A stretch of 64,000 nt of DNA from a virus, in the IMG/VR virus record IMGVR_UViG_3300027973_000043, positions 18,489-82,488 of that record, one strand, 5' to 3'. Below the pieces are notes generated by a model. That model saw only the letters and a list, made by a program, of their open reading frames with translations, ran no database searches and had not been told where the DNA came from. Position 1 is the first letter of the stretch, and each line of letters begins with the position of its first letter. Position numbers and translations under genes: made by a program. Positions 29,484 to 40,789 of this stretch are shown piece after piece.

Positions 29484-29913
29484 TGTTTTTAAAATAGTCA
29501 GGATTTTCACAAACATTACCAACGACTTCTACATCAATCCATGATGGATCATAATCAGGTGAAAATATACAAGCGTCTTTAGGTAGAAACTCTATAAGAG
29601 GATTTGATGCTAAAGAAAACCCCCCAATAATAAAGTCAATAGGTCCAGTCACCATTCCAGCGTTACAAATATCACCTTCGTAGATTTCTTTTCCATTTTT
29701 ATCTTTTAATCCAGTGTATTGCTGTAGAATGAAACGATCACCATAATCTTGCAGAATAATATCTCCATCATAAGAGCCATCTTCTCTTTGAACTCTTTCC
29801 CAAAAGAAAATTTGACCATGCGAGGTATCAAAAAATGGATCACGGTTTGTCCATTCGGCAAATTGTTTTAATTGTTTATCCCAAGTGCGGAATTTTAGTT
29901 GTTTATTATTCAT
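29476..29913 (-). CDS. YopX family protein
   Basis: LKFRTWDK...QQYTGLKDKNGKEIYEGDI...EVVGNVCENP. Confidence 0.9.
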   Translation of the reverse strand: MNNKQLKFRTWDKQLKQFAEWTNRDPFFDTSHGQIFFWERVQREDGSYDGDIILQDYGDRFILQQYTGLKDKNGKEIYEGDICNAGMVTGPIDFIIGGFSLASNPLIEFLPKDACIFSPDYDPSWIDVEVVGNVCENPDYFKNNE

Positions 29914-30286
29914 TGTTTTTAAAATAGTCAGGATTTTCAAAAATGTTGCCAATAATTTCTGCTTCTCCAATCCAGCCTCGCCACAATGCATGTTCTCCAT
30001 GTGTAAATGACGCATAATCTTCTGAGTACGAGATTGCTTCAGTGACTTCTTGATCAGCATATTTGCAGGTAAGAATATCACCTTCGTAAATGTCATTACC
30101 TTTGGAATCTTTTAATCCTGTGTATTGCTGGATAACATAATCATTTTCTAGCAAAACATCATCATAACCGCCATGATAAACTAGACCCACCAAAGAGATT
30201 GCTAAGCGTTTATGTGAAGCATCCCATTCATAAATCCACTCTTTATTCTGTTTATCCCAGATGCGGAATTTTAGTTGTCTATTCAT
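29906..30286 (-). CDS. YopX family protein
   Basis: LKFRIWDK...QQYTGLKDSKGNDIYEGDI...EIIGNIFENP. Confidence 0.9.
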   Translation of the reverse strand: MNRQLKFRIWDKQNKEWIYEWDASHKRLAISLVGLVYHGGYDDVLLENDYVIQQYTGLKDSKGNDIYEGDILTCKYADQEVTEAISYSEDYASFTHGEHALWRGWIGEAEIIGNIFENPDYFKNNE

Positions 30287-30584
30287 TTGTTTCCTCCTTT
30301 ATTGGCCATTCAAACATAGAGCGGTGAAAGAAATGGTCACCTTCAATTTCATCCAACCAAACAGCGCACCAGCTAGAGTAAACTTTACATTTACGAACTG
30401 TATAAATTTCTCCAGCCTTTAAGTTGTCTTTAGCAAATTGAATAACATTGGTGAAGTGTGGATAGAACATTCCTTCAGCATTTTTGAATTTTACTTTATC
30501 ACCAACGTTGGGCCATTTGCTTTCTTGCAAATGCTTAAACATTTCTAGGTTGTTATTCATTTGTTCAGTCATCGGTCAAAAGGA

Positions 30585-31022
30585 TTAAAGTTTCTTCAGC
30601 TTTTCATAATATTCTGCCATCATATTATACAGCAAATGATTTGGAACCGCTCGTTTATAACCATCAGCGTGCCATTCATATCCCAAATAATATACACAAA
30701 ATTGGGAAACTGCGGAACTGCGCGAGACGCCCGCCTTACAGTTGACCACCACATTTTTACCCTGGTGTGCCAATAAAAAATCCACAATTTCTTTCGCATC
30801 ATATTCAGTAGGAGGATAAAAATACTCACTTAATTCAATTCTTTGAACTGGTGCAGTTAGATCCCAGAATCGTATTTTTAAATTGGGTATTTGATCAAGA
30901 ATCGAATTTTGAATATGTGGTTTTTCCGGTTCTTGAATACTAATCCAAATATTTTTATCTGGATCAACCGGGGGTTTCCAATTGACAGCTTCTATTCTAG
31001 ATATGTTATTAATAATAGGCAT
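30585..31022 (-). CDS. protein-tyrosine/dual-specificity phosphatase-like protein
   Basis: CX5R motif NCKAGVSRS. Confidence 0.85.
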   Translation of the reverse strand: MPIINNISRIEAVNWKPPVDPDKNIWISIQEPEKPHIQNSILDQIPNLKIRFWDLTAPVQRIELSEYFYPPTEYDAKEIVDFLLAHQGKNVVVNCKAGVSRSSAVSQFCVYYLGYEWHADGYKRAVPNHLLYNMMAEYYEKLKKL

Positions 31023-31463
31023 ATTATTTTACATAATTTTCGTTCATCATCAACCATTCTAGAATTAACCAACAGCTAATATTCTGACTGACTGATAAAA
31101 ATATTGCGTCCCTAGTATCTGAATATTTCTTATTCAACCAAAATGTCTGCATCGGATTGATACAAATATCACAATATTTATAAAGATCTTGACAAATGAT
31201 TTTACAATCATCAAAATAATCATCTAATGTTATTTCATTTTCTTTATATTCATCCAAGGTTATATTGTCTATAAAATTATCAATTAGAGGTCCGATAACC
31301 TCAAATTTAAAATCTTCGTCTACTAATGTTCTATCTCTTATTTCTTTCCAGTTCATGTTCTCAGTTCTATTTGTTGTGTCAATTTCCATTAAAGGATTTT
31401 AACACAGTTAGAACTGTTTGTCAACAAGAATCTCCGTGACCTTTTGTATGATTAAACATGTAT

Positions 31464-31703
31464 TCATTGCGGATATAACATGTTCGCCTCAGAATGACAC
31501 TCTCCCAAGAAAGCATCGAGCGTTGGCTGATTGTCTTCCGTGAACTCAAATTCCGCCGCTTCCCGCATGATGCGATAGTAGGCGATAATTCGGGGTCTGT
31601 GGAGCGATCCCTGCTTGACCAGATTTCGGCATATCCACCTCAAAAGAAGGCGAACAAGTCGGTCGAGGACAAAGGGCGGGGCGGGGCGTGTTGGAGTTTC
31701 CAT
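31464..31703 (-). CDS. GC-rich hypothetical protein, probably recently acquired
   Basis: Clearly higher GC than the flanks; the 3' end runs into a duplicated 56-bp segment. Confidence 0.6.
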   Translation of the reverse strand: METPTRPAPPFVLDRLVRLLLRWICRNLVKQGSLHRPRIIAYYRIMREAAEFEFTEDNQPTLDAFLGECHSEANMLYPQ

Positions 31704-31720
31704 GTGGTTATAGAAAAGTT

Positions 31721-32155
31721 TTAAATTAAATTCGTTGTATATTTTTCTAAGATACCGGATAAACCTTCTACGTCAGTCCTATAGTCAATAAGCAACTGAC
31801 TACCCTTTTTAATATCTTTTGACGTTTGAAACCTCATTATTTTTCTATTATTCCATTCAATCAAATTATAGAGTACATTTGCATCATCACTGTGATTAAA
31901 TATCTCACCATCACCCAAGACTAAGCAGTCTTGTTTTGTATTTTTGTCAAAAACAAAGGTATAACACTTTAAATCTGTTTCATTAACTCTTGCGGTATCA
32001 CTTGGAGACAAGACTAAAATTTCACAATCTGATACAATCTCGCCTTGCTTGATGTCTCTCTCGGCAATAATGCCTCGTTCCATGCCTTCAATTATTTGAA
32101 TAGAGTAAATATGCTGCATAATCTTTTTATGTATAATATTTGAAAATCTACTCAA
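31721..32155 (-). CDS. SET domain protein (lysine methyltransferase-like)
   Basis: RGIIAERDIKQGE, IFNHSDDAN, DIKKGSQLLIDY. Confidence 0.88.
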   Translation of the reverse strand: MSRFSNIIHKKIMQHIYSIQIIEGMERGIIAERDIKQGEIVSDCEILVLSPSDTARVNETDLKCYTFVFDKNTKQDCLVLGDGEIFNHSDDANVLYNLIEWNNRKIMRFQTSKDIKKGSQLLIDYRTDVEGLSGILEKYTTNLI

Positions 32156-32735
32156 TAGTAGAGTATCTTAATCTTTCTACTTCTTTTGGAGAAAGAGTTG
32201 CATACCAACCACCATTAATACATTTAATTCCTGGCTCTCCTGTGTTTTCACAAGTTTTACTACATAGATATTCTGCAAAACTGACCATGCCAGCAACTTC
32301 TTTGTTGCCACCAGAGTAATAGAATCTTAAATCAGATAGTTTTGATTTAATCTGATTAATTTTTACTTCTGGTGGGTAAACTTTGTTGTATTTGACACAT
32401 TTGTAATATTGTTGACGAAACTTCTCGACAAATGCAAAAAATGATTTGTTATACTCCCATTTATTATATTTTGGAAAGAATTTAATGAAATATTTATAAC
32501 CCCAATTAAGAAAATCTGAACAACCTTTCCAAAAGTAATATTTGTTATTGATTACTACTCTTTTTGTATGAAAAGAATTTTTTGTATATGATGTGATAGC
32601 ACCACATAAATTGTCAATAATAGTATGCCAGCCGTTAGGCGCAGATACACCACAAGGACAATCCAAACTTCCATCCTCTTTTTTATAAAAGAGGTCTGGA
32701 TATTTTTCCATTAAATATTCTTCAAAGTTTTCCAT
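32148..32735 (-). CDS. hypothetical phage protein
   Basis: GW...QIKSKLSDLRFY...S.KTCENTGEPG...GWYATL. Confidence 0.65.
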   Translation of the reverse strand: MENFEEYLMEKYPDLFYKKEDGSLDCPCGVSAPNGWHTIIDNLCGAITSYTKNSFHTKRVVINNKYYFWKGCSDFLNWGYKYFIKFFPKYNKWEYNKSFFAFVEKFRQQYYKCVKYNKVYPPEVKINQIKSKLSDLRFYYSGGNKEVAGMVSFAEYLCSKTCENTGEPGIKCINGGWYATLSPKEVERLRYSTIE

Positions 32736-32797
32736 ATTTTATATTACTCCAAAAAAAGGCTTTTGTCAAAAGAAAAAAGGGGATTTCCCCCCTTTTT

Positions 32798-33064
32798 TTA
32801 CTTTGTTGATACAGTTGATGATTGTGTTTGAACTGTTCGACGGGGTGTGTATCGAACACCAGTAGAAAAAGAACCGTATGGTTCTATACCAAACACGTTT
32901 GTAGATGCACGACCAGAAACTTGGTAGCCATTTTCAACACGCTCAGTGTTGAAGCCTACAGAAGCACTAGAACGTGCTTTCTCAAGCACTGCATTTGCAG
33001 TATCTTTTACTGATGAGCAAGATACAAACATTAGGGTTGTTACGAATAATAGTAATTTTTTCAT
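32798..33064 (-). CDS. putative lipoprotein
   Basis: MKKLLLFVTTLMFVSC lipobox. Confidence 0.65.
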   Translation of the reverse strand: MKKLLLFVTTLMFVSCSSVKDTANAVLEKARSSASVGFNTERVENGYQVSGRASTNVFGIEPYGSFSTGVRYTPRRTVQTQSSTVSTK

Positions 33065-33432
33065 AGACTTTAACTTATCACTTTTTGAGTTATTTTCAAG
33101 TTATTTTTTTATAATTTTTATACAAAGAAACAGATGTTGTATTATCATTACACATCTTCTAGAATTTCTTCATCATTTTTTAATAAATTTTGCTTAAACA
33201 TTGGTTCAAGTTCATTATTAGAATCACGAACTCCTACTACATTAACCATTTTTGATCGCATTAAAGAAAGAAGCGATTCTTTCACTATTGCTTTACCAAA
33301 CCAATCTTTTAAAAAGATTTCTTCACTTCCTCTAATCTCAAATTTATGAACACATTCCATAAGGTGTTCATATAGTTCTGGGTCTGCTTGTTTTAGTCCG
33401 TTATCAATGTCGATGTCTTTCATAGAGTTGTA

Positions 33433-34167
33433 TTATATAGAGGAATCAGGGCTTGTCAACACAAAATATTGATAATGTTCATGAATACCTAAGCATTTGA
33501 AAGTCGTATTTTCGTACTGAGTGGTTAAAGATTTGTGAAAATGTCCATAACAAAACCACTTAGGTTTAGTCCATTCCCAAAGTTTATCCATAGATTGACT
33601 TTCAATAATCAAATCATTGATTAAATCAGGGTCTTGATCGCACCAATACTTAATATTATCAAATCCCTTGAATGCACCACAAACGGATGGGCGTGTATGT
33701 GTAACAACCAAGTCATACTCTCGATCTTTGTAAGGAAATTGATCTTCTAGCTTGAGGTTGAAGTTTTCGTCACTCCACCATGTTTTACCTTCTATTCGAA
33801 AGCGACGATCAATGCTCACTGCACCACCAACAAGCAGAATACTTTTATCAAGTAGATCAAGTTCTGAATAGTCTTCTAATAATGTAATATTACTAAAATC
33901 AAATGGATTATTTGTTTGGTTGAAATAAGATGGATTACAATGATTACCTCTAATCATATATAAATGAAGATTATTTTTAAATAAAGTTTCTTGTAAAGGT
34001 TTTATTAATCTTTTTTCTTCATTTGGATGATGAAATCCAAATCCGGTATCACCACATTGAATTATATATGCGTCAGTATAACCGTATCTTTTAATATCGT
34101 AGTTCAAACGTGGGAATTCCCCGTGTATGTCTCCGACAAGAATAATTTGATCTTTAGTGTCTTTCAT
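33433..34167 (-). CDS. calcineurin-like metallophosphoesterase
   Basis: GDIHG, GD, RGNH, VTHT, GHFH. Confidence 0.92.
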   Translation of the reverse strand: MKDTKDQIILVGDIHGEFPRLNYDIKRYGYTDAYIIQCGDTGFGFHHPNEEKRLIKPLQETLFKNNLHLYMIRGNHCNPSYFNQTNNPFDFSNITLLEDYSELDLLDKSILLVGGAVSIDRRFRIEGKTWWSDENFNLKLEDQFPYKDREYDLVVTHTRPSVCGAFKGFDNIKYWCDQDPDLINDLIIESQSMDKLWEWTKPKWFCYGHFHKSLTTQYENTTFKCLGIHEHYQYFVLTSPDSSI

Positions 34168-34223
34168 GACAAATATTTAAATGAGATATTATAATAGAGC
34201 AAGAGATATTATCAAAGCTCATA

Positions 34224-34733
34224 TTATTTGATCATTAAGTAGTTATGCAGCATAATATCATTAGGCTTTGGAACTAATTTATCTGGAATTCTCGCATCAT
34301 AGATTTCTTTTTTTGCTCCGTGCATAGTTTTTCCGTCACGTTCACATTTTGCAATGATAACTCCCGCAGGACTTCTACTGTATCCAGCAAAGCAATGAAC
34401 CAACAAGTGTTCATCAGGAGACAAACTACGAATAAACTCAAGCAATTTTTGTATATATGTTTCGTTCGGTGCATTTTTTGTACCATTTGGGTTGAATTTA
34501 ATTGAATCAAAAGTTTCATCATCAAAGTCTAACATTAAGTATTTCTTACCTTCACGAAACTTTTGAGACAAGTAATGACCAAGAGAAATGATTACATCAT
34601 AATCTTTTGCATATTTCTCTGCATTAGCAAAGTCTGTGTAGTGGTTAATTGTGTTTATGTTATTTAATTCTAATTTACTCTTTAGTTCCACTAAGTTTTG
34701 TAAAAATGTCAAGGACTTTCTTTTGAATTTCAT
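34224..34733 (-). CDS. second PTP-like phosphatase
   Basis: HCFAGYSRS CX5R motif; start uncertain. Confidence 0.82.
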   Translation of the reverse strand: MKFKRKSLTFLQNLVELKSKLELNNINTINHYTDFANAEKYAKDYDVIISLGHYLSQKFREGKKYLMLDFDDETFDSIKFNPNGTKNAPNETYIQKLLEFIRSLSPDEHLLVHCFAGYSRSPAGVIIAKCERDGKTMHGAKKEIYDARIPDKLVPKPNDIMLHNYLMIK

Positions 34734-35742
34734 TCTGACTCAGTTCAAGAAGATTATACTTAGGAATATTTTTAATTTCCTTCATAATATTACCAACTAG
34801 CTTACCATCTTTTTCAGTTAAATTAAACCACTCCATTACAAGCTTGCCATTAACTTTTTCTTTAATTACTTTACTAACTTCATAAAGCAATCGAAAACCG
34901 TCAACGGTACGTTGTAGTTGTGGATACTTGCACTGCATAATCAAACTATATTCATGTTTGCTGCGGAATGGTTCACCAACTTTGTTAGAGTCTGATACAT
35001 ATTCAACGAAGCGCATATACATGCCCCTCTTTCTATTCCTCGTTCTATTTATATGATTTAAATTTTCTAATAAAAATAACTCTTTGTTGAAATATTTTGA
35101 ATCAATTACAAAATCAAAAGCATCTTCTTCTGTATCAAAGCCTCTCTTCCAAACATCATAATCAAAACCTCCAATTTTACAAATCTCTTTCATATCTCTT
35201 GTTAATACAACTTTCTCGTAGATATGATCACTGTCACTCCATTGAAGATTGTTATCAACCAAGCCTTGACGAATCCAGAATGAAAGACCAGAGTGACCAA
35301 AATGTAATCCCATTTTGTGAAAGACTCTGCCCATTAAATTAGATGTGTCGCCCCAAGAACAATAGTTATAAGAAGATTCAAATTCATCTTCGGGATAAAA
35401 CGTGACATCTACCTGAAAACTTTGGTATGGAAAAGAATAGACGTTACTATTCTTATAAGGCTTATATCCAAATTCTTTTTCTAAATATTCTGAAAAGTCT
35501 TTGTAATCTTTCCAAGAAATCAAAATTGACGGATCAGAATAACATTGAACCAGTATATCTAAATCACCATGAGTATCTTTATTTCTGAGAGATGGAGCAA
35601 CTGCTACACGATTAAAACATGGTCTGTTAACTTTCATATCTGAATGAAACTTGTTAATAAGTTTATGTTTCATTATTTCATATTCATCAGTAGGAATACG
35701 TTTTTCTGGAAGATTCCAAGTTTTAAGTAAATTGCCTCCCAT
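34675..35742 (-). CDS. nucleotidyltransferase-fold protein
   Basis: MGGN start, HGDLDILV, FQVD (Pol beta-superfamily-like motifs). Confidence 0.6.
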   Translation of the reverse strand: MGGNLLKTWNLPEKRIPTDEYEIMKHKLINKFHSDMKVNRPCFNRVAVAPSLRNKDTHGDLDILVQCYSDPSILISWKDYKDFSEYLEKEFGYKPYKNSNVYSFPYQSFQVDVTFYPEDEFESSYNYCSWGDTSNLMGRVFHKMGLHFGHSGLSFWIRQGLVDNNLQWSDSDHIYEKVVLTRDMKEICKIGGFDYDVWKRGFDTEEDAFDFVIDSKYFNKELFLLENLNHINRTRNRKRGMYMRFVEYVSDSNKVGEPFRSKHEYSLIMQCKYPQLQRTVDGFRLLYEVSKVIKEKVNGKLVMEWFNLTEKDGKLVGNIMKEIKNIPKYNLLELSQNEIQKKVLDIFTKLSGTKE

Positions 35743-35794
35743 AATATTTAATTTGTTCTCTTAAACTTAAAGAGTTTTCGCTTCTTGTCAACAG

Positions 35795-36487
35795 TTAATA
35801 TCCAAAAGCTTCAATAGTGTATTTGAAAGGATTACCCTCAATGTTTTTAACAAGATCAAGCATTGTAGCTGCAATGTCACGAATTTCTTTTTGAGCATCT
35901 GGCTTGTTGCGAAGCTCCAAGAAGTGATAAAAACTTCTCCAATTGAACATTACATCAGCTTGAATCTGAGAATTGTATGTTTTGAAGAATCGAGCACTTT
36001 CTTTTGAGCGTTTGCGACCAAGAACAGGTTCAAGGTCTTTGAGACATTGGTGATATAGTTTGTTACCTAATTCAGTATAATCCGCAAGAATTTTACACCA
36101 AAGTTCTTTTTCTGGTAGTGGTTCAGCACACCATCCAATCATATCAATATTGTGAGCTTCACTAGAAATGATGTCTTTCCAATCTTCAGGAATGTAATAC
36201 TTATCTTCCTTCAACTCTTTATACCTAGCACTCTCACCATTGATTGAAACGCCAACTCGGTGCTTGAGTAAATGAATATGACTTGCAATGTCACAATCCA
36301 CAAGAAAATGAAGAGAAGATTTTTCAAAAGGTGTATGATGTCCATGATCTGCAAGCATTTTTAGTACGTTAGGAATGCGCCCACGTTTGTCATCTGTAAG
36401 GTCACGACTTGTAGAGGTCCAGGCAGAACATGCGTGAATTTCGTCGCTGCCATAATGTCCTAAAAGGATAATGTTATTGTTTGTCAT
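35795..36487 (-). CDS. thyX: flavin-dependent thymidylate synthase
   Basis: HHTPFE, KHRVGVSINGESARY, NWRS..HFLELR, AQKEIR. Confidence 0.9.
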   Translation of the reverse strand: MTNNNIILLGHYGSDEIHACSAWTSTSRDLTDDKRGRIPNVLKMLADHGHHTPFEKSSLHFLVDCDIASHIHLLKHRVGVSINGESARYKELKEDKYYIPEDWKDIISSEAHNIDMIGWCAEPLPEKELWCKILADYTELGNKLYHQCLKDLEPVLGRKRSKESARFFKTYNSQIQADVMFNWRSFYHFLELRNKPDAQKEIRDIAATMLDLVKNIEGNPFKYTIEAFGY

Positions 36488-37106
36488 ATTTTGTTTCATA
36501 AATGTAATGATCTGAAGTTTCAATCTTACGACTGTTTTCAACTGTATAAGTATTTGTATCAATTAGATACCCAGGATTTTTTTCAATTCTATTTTTTATC
36601 CATGCATCATCATACCAGAGCACTCTGTTGTTAGGATAAGCAAAATAATTACCTTCATCCATTTTAAATACATGAGCACATTTATGTTCTGCTGTTTCAG
36701 AAAAATTTACATCTGTAGCACCAGATTTATTTTCCCAAGACCAATCAAGAGTAAACATATAAACGCCTTGTAATTTATCATGTTTGTATGTTATCAATTC
36801 TGCACGAAGACCTGATAACCGTTGTCTCACTTGAACATCAATATATGGAGAAAAACAATCCCAATGCATATGCTCATTTAAAGGTCTTACTGGAGCATCT
36901 GTTTTCCAACAAAATGCATTAATAGGTCTGCGTGTCCAGTTGACTCCATTTTCAAGAAAAGCTTCAAATAGTGGTGTTCGTTTTTCAATAGATGCCACGC
37001 TATGTATATCACATAACGTGAAATCTCCGTGACCTTTTGTATGATTAAACATGTATTCATTGCGGATATAACATGTTATGACAGGAATATTATGATTAAG
37101 ATACAT
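36474..37106 (-). CDS. conserved hypothetical phage protein
   Basis: LENGVNWTRRPINAF, WDCFS, YMFTLDW, EHKC, AYPNNR. Confidence 0.7.
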   Translation of the reverse strand: MYLNHNIPVITCYIRNEYMFNHTKGHGDFTLCDIHSVASIEKRTPLFEAFLENGVNWTRRPINAFCWKTDAPVRPLNEHMHWDCFSPYIDVQVRQRLSGLRAELITYKHDKLQGVYMFTLDWSWENKSGATDVNFSETAEHKCAHVFKMDEGNYFAYPNNRVLWYDDAWIKNRIEKNPGYLIDTNTYTVENSRKIETSDHYIYETKYDKQ

Positions 37107-37281
37107 AAATATAATTCATTTCTATTAAACTAATATACTCTATTCGTTGCTAATAGCATTTTCACTTTTATTTAAAAGTGTTTTAATTTTTAAAATTAAA
37201 GGTGTAATTTTTTTACACCAATTACAAGAGCAATTTTTATTATTCATAGTATATTATATACTATGAATAATGTCTGTCAAC

Positions 37282-37641
37282 TTAATTTAAGGAAAGAAGA
37301 TATAATAATCGGTTAAATTCACCTTCAATTTCATCTTTAATATTTAATAAATCTTTATCTTCTTCTTTTAATACAGTTGTCAACTCTTTCATGAGTTGAT
37401 CACGAAAACCTTTAACTGTTTCTTTAATATCTCCAGCATATGTTTCTGCTTTAATAATATATTCAGGAGCATTTGTTGGACGACCGTATTTTCCGTAATA
37501 AACTTCTACAAAAGAATCAAACAATTCATCAAGATTTTCATATGCTTTTTGTAATGCTTTATGTTCAGCATAACTTGTAGTTTGCCAATGAAATATTTTT
37601 AATTGAGAAATTGTTGTAAGAAAAGGAGTAAGACGAACCAT
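37282..37641 (-). CDS. ferritin-like/DUF5856-type protein
   Basis: FHWQTTSYAEHKAL...DSFVEVYYGKYGR...YLL. Confidence 0.75.
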   Translation of the reverse strand: MVRLTPFLTTISQLKIFHWQTTSYAEHKALQKAYENLDELFDSFVEVYYGKYGRPTNAPEYIIKAETYAGDIKETVKGFRDQLMKELTTVLKEEDKDLLNIKDEIEGEFNRLLYLLSLN

Positions 37642-39540
37642 ACTTTTATTTACTAATTATTCTTCTTGTTTCTCTTCTTCATCTTCTTCTTCTGAACTTT
37701 CATCAGAAATCAAATCATAAACAAAGTCAGATACTTCTTCAATAAATTCCTTCCATTCATCTTCATCTGATGGCGAAATACTTTGAAATTCTTCTAAAAT
37801 TTCATCATAGAAAACAACAGATTCATCTTTTAATTCAATTGCCAAATTGACAAATTTATTAATTTGACGATTAGTGATTTCTATTCCTGAATCATCTGCA
37901 AGATTTTCTAAATGGGATTTTAATTCATCTTTATTCATACTGTTTGATTTTATTTACCTTTTAAATACAAAAAAGCGTCTCTAGATTTTAGTCAAGAGAC
38001 GCTTTTTTTATTTTTTTAAGCAGAAAGTTCTGCTGATGTATAAACTAAAACAGAATTAGAATCTTCAAAAGGATCATCACTCTGATTTGATTGTTCATTT
38101 GAACTTGAAACTTCAATAGAAGTATTAGAAAGTGCTTCAATTAGCACTTCATCTTCTTGAACAGAAGTTTCAGCTTTAACTGTTTCACTATGATTCTTTT
38201 TCGCCTTTACAGTGCATTTGAGAGCCTTGGCAACATTAAGATGAATGCCATACTTCATAACAGCTTGTTCAGGAGATAGTTCTTCATCAGTAATAAGACG
38301 ACGACCTGCACGACTTACATAAGAAGAATCAAGTTCCTCATTTGTAATACCGTAGCGGGTTGCCAACACGGCGAACTGCTTAGGGTTTGTCTTGACGATT
38401 TCTCCTGTCACCTTGCAAGTGAAGGAATAGCGGTTTTCGGGGTTTGATGGTTTAGCCATATGTTTGTTTTGTTTATTTGTTATAGTCTTCCGTAATGGAA
38501 TTAATATATTATAACATATAAAAAGGGGTTGTCAAAAGCTTTTTAATACTAAAATCAACATTTTATTGTTAAAACTTTAAAAAATAAAAAGACGAGTATT
38601 TCTACTCGTCTTTTTATTAATTTAATATTTTATTACAAATACTTGTTAAGATTATTTCGAACCAGTTATTTTATTTGTCTGCTGTATCAAAAATTTTAAC
38701 CAACTCAAAATCTTTGATAAGATTCTCTGCTGGTTCTATATCAACATTGATCCATAAAAAGTAATCAGTATCTTGAGTATTCATTGTAGATGCTCCAATG
38801 TCATAATACATCTTGCCTGTAGCATAATCTCGCTCATCTCTCAAGATGCAGACATAATGAGAATTTTTTGCAGCTAGACATAATTGTAAAATTTCTTCAA
38901 CAGTTTTGTTGGTGGGTCGTCTGCACGAAGATTCACAACAATTCAATTCATCAACTCTAACATCAAAAGCAACACTCATAGCTTTGCGTAAGAAATCTTC
39001 TTTTGCATCAATGGCGTATAGTTTATAAGCTGCTTGTCTAATTTGATTCATAGTTTAACGGTTAAAAAGAGATTTTAGCTTTGCTTCCAAGAATAACTCC
39101 AGATACACTGTTAGGAGCATTTAGCTTTACAGTGATTGTGTTATCATTCATATCAGCACCATCAATAGTGCAATCTCGAAGATTAGTTTCTGAACTTTCG
39201 TTATTATCTATACTTTCCCATTTAATATTGTGCAATACTTTACGCAGTTTTTCTTTAAACCAATCAAGTTCTTCTTTTGTCATATGTTTATAAATTTAAT
39301 AATTTGTTTTTTAATTCTTCTTCAAAAGTCATTTCAAGCCACTGAAAAGGACGTTCAGGATCAAATAAATGACTCATATAATGTTTGTTGTTTTTAAAAA
39401 TACTACATGTATCAATTAATACATCTTCAAAAATATCCCTATAACAATAAATGGAACATTGTTTTTTCTCGAAAACTACTTCATAACCATTTTTACGAAG
39501 AAATTCTGCCATTTCTTCTCTTGTAAAATTTATATTCATA

Positions 39541-40707
39541 TTAGAATCCTCGATTTTGACGAATAGGAGTGCCTGTTAAAACTGAACCGTTACGATGTTT
39601 AATTGTAAATCCTTTTCGATTTTGTTCAAAAAATACAATATCGTTACCATTCCACTGAAAAAATTTACCTTTTTCAGCACTTTTATCTTTTGAGTAAAGA
39701 AAGCAGTGTACACTTGGATATTGTGAAGTGTCTTTACAGTAATCATCAAATGGTTTACAATATAATGATATATAAACACTGTCAGTAAAAATACAAAGAT
39801 TATCAAATTCTTGTTTGTTTTCTAAAGACAACTCTTCATCATTCATTAAAGAATAACACAAGTCATTTGCACGTTCAATTTCATTTTTGTCTTTAAGACT
39901 TTTCTTTGGAATTGCTATTTTAGTAGTTAATTGAACAGTATATGTATCAGGGCGTTCTACACAAACATTAAAGAACTCTGAAAAGTCTTTTGGTAGTTCG
40001 TTGTAAAGATTACATTCATCAATTATACAAACAAGAGAATCAACAGATAATTGTGGTAAAATAGATAATTGGTTTTTAACAATTTCAGCATTGTTTTTAA
40101 GTTTTAATCGGTCATCAATAATCTCACAAATAAGTTCTTCTGAAAGAAAATCATAGTGTTTATGATAACGCACACGGCTAGGACGAGAATTAAAAAACTC
40201 TCCAATATCAGATGAATTAGATGTTAGTAAAAATAAATGTCTAGATTTTGCAACACCATCTAATACACTCAAGAAAAAGTTTCGAGACTCCTCACTGTCA
40301 TAAATCTTTTCAAACTCATCAATAAAAATAATTGACGGGGTTTTAATACTTTCAAAAAATTCCAAAAAATTACAATCGTTAAAAGCTTCTGTTAAAAGAA
40401 TAATAGGCATATTACTTTTAACACAAATAGATTTCGCTTCTACAGTTTTACCAGTGCCTTTTGGGCCAGAAAGTAAAACTCCCATACCTTTTTTAAAAGA
40501 CTGATATGTATTTAATACTCGATCTGGAAAATTAGAATTGCCGTAAATTTTCTTTGGTAAATCCATTTTTTCACGTTCAATCAAATGAAATCCTTTTAAT
40601 TGAGAGTAGGAAATTGCATAATTTCCAACTTCTAAAGAACCTTTAATACTTTCTGCATCAAGAATAGATGTTATTTTACCGTTTTTAATATAGTGAGTTT
40701 CAGACAT
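39541..40707 (-). CDS. AAA+ ATPase
   Basis: GPKGTGKT, IFIDEFEK, SRPSR. Confidence 0.9.
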   Translation of the reverse strand: MSETHYIKNGKITSILDAESIKGSLEVGNYAISYSQLKGFHLIEREKMDLPKKIYGNSNFPDRVLNTYQSFKKGMGVLLSGPKGTGKTVEAKSICVKSNMPIILLTEAFNDCNFLEFFESIKTPSIIFIDEFEKIYDSEESRNFFLSVLDGVAKSRHLFLLTSNSSDIGEFFNSRPSRVRYHKHYDFLSEELICEIIDDRLKLKNNAEIVKNQLSILPQLSVDSLVCIIDECNLYNELPKDFSEFFNVCVERPDTYTVQLTTKIAIPKKSLKDKNEIERANDLCYSLMNDEELSLENKQEFDNLCIFTDSVYISLYCKPFDDYCKDTSQYPSVHCFLYSKDKSAEKGKFFQWNGNDIVFFEQNRKGFTIKHRNGSVLTGTPIRQNRGF

Positions 40708-40789
40708 ATTTTATAGTATCATATTTTATCATGTTTGCAAGAGAAAAAAACGTCTTTAAAATTTTAAAGACGTTTTAACATTTAATACT

